Assembly: GCA_031416075.1 (NCBI GenBank)
Contig: JANOSY010000024.1
Location: 1-64,000, forward strand
Length of the DNA stretch: 64,000 bases
From: Candidatus Tenderia sp.
Lineage (GTDB): Bacteria > Pseudomonadota > Gammaproteobacteria > Tenderiales > Tenderiaceae
Direction of reading: 5' to 3'
Shown here one piece after another: positions 37,865-47,000 of the stretch. Both the position numbers and the translations under genes were made by a program. Below the pieces are notes generated by a model. That model was not told where the DNA came from. It searched no databases and saw only the letters and a list, made by a program, of their open reading frames with translations. Within the stretch, counting starts at the first letter, position 1; every line of letters starts with the position of its first letter.

Positions 37865-39292
37865 TGGCACGTCATTACACCCAAAGCAGGGCCTTCTCGC
37901 TGATTTTAAGGCGGATGAGGGCACCATTCATTGTGCTCATCACCGCCTACGCCATCTCAATTCTGGGGTTTGCACGCATTCCCGGCATGAATGATCAGGG
38001 CCAACTCTGGAGAGTGGGCTTTTTTCACGCCTTTTGTGTTGTCAGCTATACCGCCACCACCATCGGCTTTGGCGAGTTCCCCTTCGCCTTTACCAATGGC
38101 CAACGCTTCTGGGCACTGGCCACTATCTATATCACTGTAATCTCCTGGCTCTACGCCATCGGTACCATACTCACGCTCATACAGGACCCCGCCCTCAAAC
38201 GGACACTCACTGAGAACCGTTTTGCCAACCACGTCAGAAACATGAGACAACCGTTCTACATCGTCTGTGGCTATGGCGATACCGGCACTCAAGTCGTCAA
38301 AGCCCTGGCCCAGCGCAAAACCCCGGCAGTTGTCATCGACATCCGACCGGAACGGATCGACATGCTGTTACTCGACGAACTCCGCATCTACATACCGGGG
38401 CTATGTGCCGATGCCGGTGAACCCAACATCCTGCGTGCCGCCGGACTCAACTTCCCCCTACTGCATCGGTCTGTTAGCCCTCACCGATGATGACCACAGC
38501 AATCTCGAAATTGCCATCACCAGCAAACTACTCAACCCCAACCTACGATCATCTGCCGCGCCGAAAGTAAAGATACCCAGGCCAACATGGCCTCTTTTGG
38601 CACCGACCACATCATCAACACCTACGACGCCTTTGCCGAACAGCTCGCCATCGCCCTGCACTCACCCGCCATGCATCTGATCTTTGAATGGCTGACACAA
38701 CATATACACGAAGCACTGTTTAACTGCACAGAACCACCCCACGGCCCTTGGATCATCTGTGGTTATGGCCGTTTTGGTAAAGCGGTAGGAAAATATCTGC
38801 AATTTGAGGGCATCCCCACCACCATTATCGAGGCTGACCCAGAAAAAACCAGCTGCGAGGGGCGATAAAGGCCGAGGCACCGAAGCCGTCACGCTACGCG
38901 CCGCTGATATCGATAAGGCGGTAGGGATCATCGCGGGCACCGACGATGATGCCAACAATCTATCCATTCTCGTAACCGCTAAGGATCTTAATCCCAACAT
39001 ATATACCGTTGTCAGACAGAACCGGCGCAGTAACAGCATTATCTTTGCTGCCGCTGACATCAATCTGATCATGCAGTACAGCATCATCCTCAGTCTTAAA
39101 ATTCAAGCACTGCTCACCTCACCACTGCTAAGCGACTTCTTACGACTGGCCCGCCGCAACAACAACAGCTGGGCCAAGGCAGTCACCGATAAACTACACA
39201 CCCTGGCCGACAATGCCGTGCCCAGCATCTGGACCGTCTGTATCGATGAACAGACCTCCCCCACACTAGTTGAAGCCATCAACCAGACTTAA
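37864..39292 (+). pseudogene. Potassium channel with TrkA/RCK domains, frameshifted and 3'-truncated
   Basis: TTIGFGE filter; two IVCGYGDTG / IICGYGRFG RCK motifs split across frames (shifts near 38455, 38550 and 38865). Confidence 0.85.
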
Positions 39293-39372
39293 CTACCACC
39301 TACTAAAATAGGTGGGTTTGCGCATGAGTCAAAACATTTAAGATCAAAGTCACCGGCTATAGCCGGTGGTTT
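39291..39372. mobile_element. IS200/IS605-type end-hairpin pair without a transposase (PATE-like)
   Basis: aactaCCACCTActaaaaTAGGTGGgttt and CACCGGCTATAGCCGGTGgttt, 55 bp apart; begins where the K+ channel ORF stops. Confidence 0.6.
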
Positions 39373-39473
39373 CCACCAAGGATATTGAAATGAAGTTTTG
39401 AATCGCATATTTATTGCCTTGCAGGAAAATAACACCATCCATCTCAAGTCATGGTCTTTTAACTTCACCTGTT

Positions 39474-39502
39474 AAAAAACGGGCCCAAATTCGTGGACCC
39501 GT
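39474..39502 (-). terminator. Terminator of the beta-helix gene
   Basis: Minus strand ACGGGTCCA-cgaat-TTGGGCCCGT followed by a T run. Confidence 0.6.
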
Positions 39503-39572
39503 CGGTAACCAGTTATTGGGTCAGCCCATTCTGTGCACCTTCAAGAATGGCTGACGCCAGAACACCTCTCAA

Positions 39573-42500
39573 CTATTGGTAAAACACCTGCACCTGAAGT
39601 TCGTCAAGATAAAAATTCTGAGTGGGAGACGGCGACACATTTGAGATGCGAATTTTAAATTGTGTGCCATTCATGACAGTAGGGGTAAATGTAGACATTC
39701 CCCATAAATCGCCGTTTCCACCAATCTGGTAGTTTGCGTAGGCGTCGCCCAGATTTTTTTCTCGGCCCACAGTATGCTCGGTCCAAGTCGCTGATCCATC
39801 ATTTAGACGTACGCAAAGTTTTCCGCCAGGAGCTCCTTCTGAGACTTTTGCTCTGAATTTGACTTCGATACCCTTGATCGTCCTGCCCGACGGAATAGCA
39901 AACCCGAAGTCAGAAAAGTGATGCACATCATGCTGGGGATCGCCACAATTAGTAGTGGAGTCACCGCTGCCGCTGTTGATATCCAGCGCAACACCATTGC
40001 CAGCCCCGGCAACCGCAGTAACAACATCCGCCGGTAATGGCGATGAATTCACAGTGCCGTTAGTCGCTACACTTTCAAAGCCATTTGCGTCACCCGCCCA
40101 TGTGATACCCGTGGTAGAACGAGGAGGCTTGTACCCCGTAGTCTGAAGTTGTTGGATATCATTGTGCTCCATCAACGCATCATTGGGTTCTCCCTTTTTG
40201 TAAAATCCAACACCATTCGGGAATTGAATATCAGGTGATGATCCCTCTGCAAATAACACAAATGGACCAGTTGCACTGACATCAGGAATAGCCTGCGCAA
40301 CAGAGAAATTAGTTGAGCCTGTATCAAGAAATTTGATTATGCTGAAACCACTCGCTGGCGCTCGATCAAAATTGGTCTGTCCATATACAGCCACGTTATT
40401 TACATTCCTAAAGCGCAGAAAATCGTTATCAGTAAGATTTCCAGAAGTATCGTCGTTTTTATTCTCCCATTCAGTCTTTAAGCCGTAGATTCTTATATTG
40501 CTGGCACTCGTAAATTCAGCAAACGCTGCGCTATCTGCGTGTTCCATATTCAATCCATAAAATGACAATGGCTGCGAGTTATTAGTGGCCCTGAGGATTC
40601 TATAATCTCGATGTGACATTCCTTTCGATTGGCCACGACTGAAAAAATACCAACGACCGCCTCCGGTTGCGCCTATTTTTACCAGATCATGCGGATTGGT
40701 TAATTCACCACCAGATGGATTATGGTAAAAGCGACCAATGTGGACCATGGAGTTTCTTCCAGCATTCCAATCTAACGCCGTGAAATAGTCATAGTTTTGA
40801 TCCTTCGCTGGAACACCAATCGACAGATCGCCAAGATAAGTTGTCGCTTCAGTGTCTGCCACGGTGGAAATAACCGGCCTATTGCAGGTGAGATTTTTGC
40901 CTACACACCCATTCATAAAATAGTCCGGAACACCCGAGGCATCCACTTTAATTTCAATGCGGGTTAAATGCCCAGCCGCACCAAAAAGGATGGAATCTGA
41001 TTTCAACTTAACAAACGGATAATTTTGAGTTGACGTCAAACGGTAGATCCCTTTACGTAGAAAAATTTTCCGATTGCTGTCGATTGCATTATTAAATTGT
41101 TCTACCGTGAGATTGTAGACCTTGCTTTCGTAGTTATTCTCCGGTGTCTGTGATTCTATTGCCGGAAAGACAACATAATCCTTATCATCAACGGATGGCA
41201 GCGATTTCCAGGCATGTTTTGAAATCAAATCGCTGGGTATGCTTGCTGCACCAATTTTCCATACATGCTCCGGCGTTAGGGAGGCTGCGCCTATTTGATT
41301 GATGACATGTCCACCCCCGACAGTCGTGGTCTGGGCCCTGTGCTCAACACTAAGCTCCTTAACATGTGAGATTGCATTGCCGGCGCCCCTGCAACTTTCT
41401 CCACAGCTGATCTGTGTACCGCTACGTGATGCGTACAATGTGTGGGTCACGGCAGCTGATTTTACGTAAACATTTTTCATATGAACAAATGTCTCATTCC
41501 CCCCCGCGCCCCCCAGACGGTCACCATAATTCAGTACGGCAGGGTTCGTGCCAGAAACTGCTATTGATCCATCGACCAATGCCAAACTGCCAACATGGGC
41601 ATGAGCTACACTGTTCCGATAAGTTGTAATTCCTGGAACTGGTTGTCCGAGGGTGTCTATCTCGAAACCGACAACAGTTAGCGTTGCACCGGTATGCCGT
41701 ATTGCGCTTTCTGTTTGCCCCCGAAGCTTAACTCCAACAATCGTGCTACCAATATTTCCTAACGAGCGACATGACCCAGTTGCTCCTGCAACATTACAAC
41801 CGGCGGCTTCAGTAAGGTAGGTATCTATTCCAAACCTTCCCCCTTCGACTTCGATTTTCACCGCACCGGCAGCCCGTGCCGGCAACCCTTGAATGCCAGC
41901 ATGCTCGCTACCAGTAGCGATGACTTTTACATTTTCAATTGAGCTGTCTTGGGCCTGATTGAAATACAACCCGACACAACCCGTTTTTTGGCTACAGTCT
42001 ATGTTTACGTTGCGGAGCAATTGGTGATACCCGCCAGCCGGCTGTTCCCAACGAAAATTTTCTTCTGTAGGATTCAATATCGCATTGTTAGCGCGAGTTT
42101 TAGTTTCAAAATTTTTAAAATCCAGAACAATTTTTTTTCCGGAGTTAAAACTTGTCCCTGCCACCTTTATGGTAGCTAATCGGCCACCGTTTACGTCGGT
42201 CGCCCCCACAATGGCGATCGGGTACGTATCGTCACTGGTAATTTTTGAAATTACTGAACTTGTGGTCGAGGTATACGCACGTAGCGTATCGTTTACGAAA
42301 TAAGTTCCCGCTGGGAGGTATAACGCCAGATTATTGTCTCGCGCGTCGGTGATCGCCTCCTGCAACTTTGGTGTCGATATGGCTGGATTTGTGTTATTGG
42401 CGCCTGTATATGCACTCACAACCAGATAACCCTTTTGATAGTATTCGTGCCATTTTCTTTGTTCCTCTGTCCCATCCGGATTTGTAACCGCATTGGGTAT

Positions 42501-42584
42501 TACCGCAGTTGCAGTGCCGACCACGCTGAACAGCGTGAAACCCAGTATCGCCGAAAATAGATAATGCACGGTTCGCTTTTTCAT
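39573..42584 (-). CDS. Secreted 1003-aa beta-helix protein (Pectate_lyase_3/GH55-like) with a C-terminal beta-sandwich
   Basis: Signal peptide; LQEAITDA...LYLPAGTY.V.DTL and a second AID..RKIFLRKGIY repeat; QDSSIENVKV; YGLNMEH. Confidence 0.7.
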   Translation of the reverse strand: MKKRTVHYLFSAILGFTLFSVVGTATAVIPNAVTNPDGTEEQRKWHEYYQKGYLVVSAYTGANNTNPAISTPKLQEAITDARDNNLALYLPAGTYFVNDTLRAYTSTTSSVISKITSDDTYPIAIVGATDVNGGRLATIKVAGTSFNSGKKIVLDFKNFETKTRANNAILNPTEENFRWEQPAGGYHQLLRNVNIDCSQKTGCVGLYFNQAQDSSIENVKVIATGSEHAGIQGLPARAAGAVKIEVEGGRFGIDTYLTEAAGCNVAGATGSCRSLGNIGSTIVGVKLRGQTESAIRHTGATLTVVGFEIDTLGQPVPGITTYRNSVAHAHVGSLALVDGSIAVSGTNPAVLNYGDRLGGAGGNETFVHMKNVYVKSAAVTHTLYASRSGTQISCGESCRGAGNAISHVKELSVEHRAQTTTVGGGHVINQIGAASLTPEHVWKIGAASIPSDLISKHAWKSLPSVDDKDYVVFPAIESQTPENNYESKVYNLTVEQFNNAIDSNRKIFLRKGIYRLTSTQNYPFVKLKSDSILFGAAGHLTRIEIKVDASGVPDYFMNGCVGKNLTCNRPVISTVADTEATTYLGDLSIGVPAKDQNYDYFTALDWNAGRNSMVHIGRFYHNPSGGELTNPHDLVKIGATGGGRWYFFSRGQSKGMSHRDYRILRATNNSQPLSFYGLNMEHADSAAFAEFTSASNIRIYGLKTEWENKNDDTSGNLTDNDFLRFRNVNNVAVYGQTNFDRAPASGFSIIKFLDTGSTNFSVAQAIPDVSATGPFVLFAEGSSPDIQFPNGVGFYKKGEPNDALMEHNDIQQLQTTGYKPPRSTTGITWAGDANGFESVATNGTVNSSPLPADVVTAVAGAGNGVALDINSGSGDSTTNCGDPQHDVHHFSDFGFAIPSGRTIKGIEVKFRAKVSEGAPGGKLCVRLNDGSATWTEHTVGREKNLGDAYANYQIGGNGDLWGMSTFTPTVMNGTQFKIRISNVSPSPTQNFYLDELQVQVFYQ

Positions 42585-42674
42585 ACTTTCTCCATTTTAC
42601 GTTGATGTGCCCGCCTCAATACCAACGACATATGCACAGTTCGCACTTAGTTTTTTGCTAACCTTAAACCCTCA

Positions 42675-42968
42675 ATGACAGCCGATTCCGGCACTGAGGT
42701 TTACCAACCTCACGCATGGATTCGCCAAATCAGCCCAATAATATGACGTTGACTTTTGGTGTGCAACAACAACATAATCCCTACACACCGCAGGTCATCT
42801 TCAGCTAGAGCGATGCACATTTGGATCAGTTTGGAATTCACGGGCAAGGCCACTGTGTTTACCACGATGGTGACATCATCTGTTCTAACCATGCCGATCA
42901 CATCAAGCTGAACGATTTCAGATTCCGTACCAACGAACGATTATTTTACGAGTACGACTTCGGCGAAT
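42675..42968 (+). pseudogene. Plasmid pRiA4b ORF-3 family remnant
   Basis: EVYQPHAWIRQISPII*R*LLV... then HLDQFGIHGQ..VYHDG...DFRFRTNERLFYEYDFG; stops and a frameshift. Confidence 0.7.
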
Positions 42969-43091
42969 GCCTCTTTATTTATTCATACGAAAAATTTACG
43001 AGAGCATCCCCGGATGTCCACGCTTGTCAAATTTCTTCCCAATCATGTAATGTATTGGCTGTTTCAAAACATTTATTACAAGGAAAAAAGC

Positions 43092-44078
43092 ATGAAACAC
43101 TGTCAACTCATTTCTATTCTCACAGCCAGTGCATTATTGTTTTCGAGTGCATCGGCGTTCGCGCAAAATTGTACGACAACACCTGTTTACCAGCCGGACT
43201 CCACTCGGCCCGCGTTATCGGGCCGGCTCGTCTATCACAGTTACAGCACCTATGGAGACAGCACCTCGAAGCTGTACCTGTTTGACTTCCAGACTTCGCA
43301 ACTGAGTGTGCTGAGCAATAGCTGGGGCATCACTGACCCGATGAATGCGAATTTTTCTCCGGATGGCAAATGGATCACCTTCATGGGCATCCAAAACGCC
43401 AAGTGGCATGTTTTTTTGTGGCAAGTGGGATCAAGCACGCTGCCAGCGAATCTGACCGCATTATCGGACACCCGCAACGAAGACCCGAAGTTCTCCTTCG
43501 ACGGAAAGAAGATCGCGTTCAAACGGAATGGCGATATCAAGATCGCGACGATCAACTTCTCTTCCACACCGCCAGCCATCAGCAGTATTCTGCACGTCAC
43601 GAGTAACGGTTTTCAGACTGAAGAGTCCATGCCATATATGACACCAAGCGGAAAATATGTCCTGTACACGCGAGGCGCCAACACAACATTCGACATCTAT
43701 CGAACCAATTTGCAGAATATGACCACGCAAGCGCTGATAAGCACCCCTGATGTGGCTGACTACTACCCCATCGTACGCGATAGCACCAGCTTTTTTTATT
43801 CGCGTTGGGATAACGCCACCAATAAATTCGACCTGATCTATATGAATGTTCCCAACACGAACAGCAATATACAGCTCAAATTGAATCATTGCAGCTCGAA
43901 CAACTCGGACGCGGCTCCTGTCGATGAAGATTTATTGATCTTCTCAGGGACGCGTGAAGGGCGCTACAAACTCTATCTTGGCGACATCAAGACAGGAAAC
44001 GTATGGAGCCTTGATTCGCTCGGAATCAATAGCATGACGAACAACGTGCTTGGCGCGAACTACACATATCGTCGATAG
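43092..44078 (+). CDS. Secreted TolB/PD40-like beta-propeller protein
   Basis: AAGGA SD, signal peptide ending AFA; NFSPDGKWITF, PKFSFDGKKIAF, PYMTPSGKYVLY repeats. Confidence 0.82.
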   Translation: MKHCQLISILTASALLFSSASAFAQNCTTTPVYQPDSTRPALSGRLVYHSYSTYGDSTSKLYLFDFQTSQLSVLSNSWGITDPMNANFSPDGKWITFMGIQNAKWHVFLWQVGSSTLPANLTALSDTRNEDPKFSFDGKKIAFKRNGDIKIATINFSSTPPAISSILHVTSNGFQTEESMPYMTPSGKYVLYTRGANTTFDIYRTNLQNMTTQALISTPDVADYYPIVRDSTSFFYSRWDNATNKFDLIYMNVPNTNSNIQLKLNHCSSNNSDAAPVDEDLLIFSGTREGRYKLYLGDIKTGNVWSLDSLGINSMTNNVLGANYTYRR

Positions 44079-44088
44079 TGATATGGCT

Positions 44089-44149
44089 ATACTGTCCCGA
44101 ATACACTGCCTCAATTAAATTTGAGGTTTAACCGGAACCGGGACAGTAT
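44089..44149. repeat. 61-bp element with 11-bp terminal inverted repeats
   Basis: ATACTGTCCCG ... CGGGACAGTAT with inner CCTCAA/TTGAGG. Confidence 0.6.
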
Positions 44150-44198
44150 CTTCCTGATCTGTGAGTCAGTCTCTGCTAACAGGCAACGCGGAGTTAAC

Positions 44199-45629
44199 TC
44201 AGAAATGCACGGCTCGATTATCTACGGCCAGTGCCGCCTCATGCATCGCCTCAGCCAGCGATGGATGGGCGTGAATGGTGCGGGCGATATCTTCGCTGCT
44301 GGCGGAGAACTCCATGGCCAGCACCGCTTCAGCGATCAGCTCCGAGGCGTTTGGCCCCATGATGTGTACACCGAGGATGGTATCGTCTTTGGCGTCGCTG
44401 AGTATTTTGACCATGCCCACCATGTCGCCCATGGCACGGGCGCGACCATTGGCCATAAAGGGGAACACCCCCTGTTTAAAACCGACGCCCGATTCAGTTA
44501 ACTCTTGTGATGTTTTGCCAACCCATGCGATCTCGGGCCAGGTATAGATAACCCACGGAATGGTGTTGTAGTTGATGTGGCTCACTTCACCGGCAATATG
44601 TTCAGCGACGGCAACCCCCTCCTCCGATGCTTTATGTGCGAGCATTGGGCCACGCACAACATCACCAATGGCATACACATTAGGCAGGTTAGTACGACAG
44701 CGCTCATCCACCGCTATAAAACCACCGTTATCTAATGTTAATCCGATCTCTTCGGCATTTAATCCCGCTGTATTAGGTTTGCGGCCGGTTGCCACCAGCA
44801 CTCTGTCAAATTTAAGCTCCTTCTCACCTTTTTGATCTTCTATGGTGACGACCACATGACATGCAGTCACTTTCGCTGATTTGGTTTTAGTATTCAGCAG
44901 TACCTCTAGTCCCTGTCCTCGCAGCTCTTTCAACGCTGCATCAGCCAGCTGTTTATCAACCGCTGGCAAAAACTGATCACGCCTGATCAATACGGTTACT
45001 TTGCTGCCCAAACGGTTCCAGACGCTGCCAAGCTCAAGACCAATCACACCACCACCTATCACAGCCAGGGTCTTAGGTACTTCGTCAAAACTGAGCGCAC
45101 CCGTGGAGTCAACAATATGGTCACCATCCAACGGCAGGGAATCAACTATTGCTGACACCGACCCCGTAGCAATGATGATGTGCTCCGCTTCAAGGATCGC
45201 TGATTTAATCTCGTTGTTCTCTTTTTTATGGGGCGTAAATTCAATTTGTTGATTACTCAAAAGCTTGCCATGGCCTTGTAACCATGTAACTTTGTTTTTC
45301 ATGAAGAGTGCGGCGACACCCCCTGTGAGACTTTTAACGATGTCATCTTTACGTACCATCATCTGCGCCACATCAATAGCAGCGCCTTTGGATTTGATGC
45401 CGTGGTAGGCAAACTCATGTTTCAAACGGTGGTAGTGGTGCGAGGTATCAAGCAGTGCCTTGGAGGGAATGCAACCCACATTAAGACAGGTCCCCCCCAA
45501 TGAGGGTTTGTTATCACCATCGAGCCACATATCAATACAGGCAGTCTTCAACCCTAACTGTGCGCAACGGATGGCAGCCACGTAACCGCCAGGGCCACCC
45601 CCCACCACAACCACGTCATAACGGTCCAT
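44199..45629 (-). CDS. lpdA: Dihydrolipoyl dehydrogenase
   Basis: GGGPGGY, GGTCLNVGCIPSK, HAHPSLAE. Confidence 0.97.
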   Translation of the reverse strand: MDRYDVVVVGGGPGGYVAAIRCAQLGLKTACIDMWLDGDNKPSLGGTCLNVGCIPSKALLDTSHHYHRLKHEFAYHGIKSKGAAIDVAQMMVRKDDIVKSLTGGVAALFMKNKVTWLQGHGKLLSNQQIEFTPHKKENNEIKSAILEAEHIIIATGSVSAIVDSLPLDGDHIVDSTGALSFDEVPKTLAVIGGGVIGLELGSVWNRLGSKVTVLIRRDQFLPAVDKQLADAALKELRGQGLEVLLNTKTKSAKVTACHVVVTIEDQKGEKELKFDRVLVATGRKPNTAGLNAEEIGLTLDNGGFIAVDERCRTNLPNVYAIGDVVRGPMLAHKASEEGVAVAEHIAGEVSHINYNTIPWVIYTWPEIAWVGKTSQELTESGVGFKQGVFPFMANGRARAMGDMVGMVKILSDAKDDTILGVHIMGPNASELIAEAVLAMEFSASSEDIARTIHAHPSLAEAMHEAALAVDNRAVHF

Positions 45630-45735
45630 ATTCACTCTCCTCAATCACAGCTCAATATAGAGTTGCGCTCAGATATCGACGTTCATCACCACTCAACACC
45701 GGGATCTGTGGCCAGATGTTAATGCGCCCAACGGG

Positions 45736-46938
45736 CTATATCTGCAACAGCATACGTGCAGGATCTTCCAGCACCTCTTTCACCTTGACCAGAAACGATA
45801 CCGCTTCGCGACCATCAATAATGCGGTGATCATAAGAGATCGCGACATACATCATGGACCGGGCAACAATCTGCCCCTCTTCGACCACCGCACGGTGTTC
45901 GATCTTGTGCATACCAAGAATGGCACTCTGTGGCGGGTTCAAAATAGGTGTTGATAACAGCGAGCCGAAGGTGCCACCGTTGGTGATACTGAAAGTACCT
46001 CCACTCAGATCCTCCATCGACAACTTTCCATCCCGCGCCTTAGCTGCAAAGTCGCTCACCGCCTGCTCCAGCTCCGCCAGACTGAGCTGATCGGCATCAC
46101 GGATAATCGGCACCACCAGACCACGTTCAGTGCTCACCGCCACCCCCATATCAAAATAGCCGTGATAGATGACGTCATTACCATCAATAGAGGCGTTCAC
46201 GGCGGGAAACTCTTTCAGAGCCTCGCAACACGCCTTGATGAAAAAAGACATAAAACCGAGTTTGATACCGTGCTTTTTCTGAAACTGCTCCTGATACTTG
46301 GCACGCAGATCCATTACCGGTTTCATATTGATTTCATTAAAGGTGGTCAACATCGCCGTGGTGTGTTGCGCTTCCAACAGACGTTCCGCGATACGGGCAC
46401 GCAGACGTGTCATCGGCACACGCTGTTCCGGGCGGCCACCGGCACCAACCACACTGGTAGATATAGTAGCGCTGACAGCGGGTTGACTGCCCTGATCCAT
46501 ATGTTTAACAACGTCAGCCTTGGTGAGCCGTCCATCACGACCTGTAGCTGCAATACTGGCAGGGTCAAGTTTATTCTCTGCCACCATTTTCCGTACTGCA
46601 GGGCTGAGATCCATGGCGGCCGCTGGCTCAGCCTCTGATGCTAATGCCTGCTTAGGTACGTCAACCGCTGCCTCTTTCTCTACAACCGCAGGGGCCTTGG
46701 CATCGGTATCGATGACCGCGATCAACTCACCGCTGGTCACCACATCACCACTTATTTTTTTGATCTCAGTCAACAGACCATCTTGTGGTGCCACCACTTC
46801 AAGCATCACTTTATCGGTCTCAAGATCCACCAGATTTTCATCACGCAGCACGTAATCACCGCTCTTTTTATGCCAGCGCGCCAAGGTGGCATCGGGTATC
46901 GATTCAGACAGCACCGGTACTTTGACTTCAATCAGCAT
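45736..46938 (-). CDS. sucB: 2-oxoglutarate dehydrogenase E2
   Basis: LETDKV lipoyl motif, [21 protein letters not shown]. Confidence 0.97.
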   Translation of the reverse strand: MLIEVKVPVLSESIPDATLARWHKKSGDYVLRDENLVDLETDKVMLEVVAPQDGLLTEIKKISGDVVTSGELIAVIDTDAKAPAVVEKEAAVDVPKQALASEAEPAAAMDLSPAVRKMVAENKLDPASIAATGRDGRLTKADVVKHMDQGSQPAVSATISTSVVGAGGRPEQRVPMTRLRARIAERLLEAQHTTAMLTTFNEINMKPVMDLRAKYQEQFQKKHGIKLGFMSFFIKACCEALKEFPAVNASIDGNDVIYHGYFDMGVAVSTERGLVVPIIRDADQLSLAELEQAVSDFAAKARDGKLSMEDLSGGTFSITNGGTFGSLLSTPILNPPQSAILGMHKIEHRAVVEEGQIVARSMMYVAISYDHRIIDGREAVSFLVKVKEVLEDPARMLLQI

Positions 46939-47000
46939 TGTTGGACTCCCTTTCAAGCAACTCTGTGCCGCACGCGGCATCAAAAAATGTAATTTTCAAA

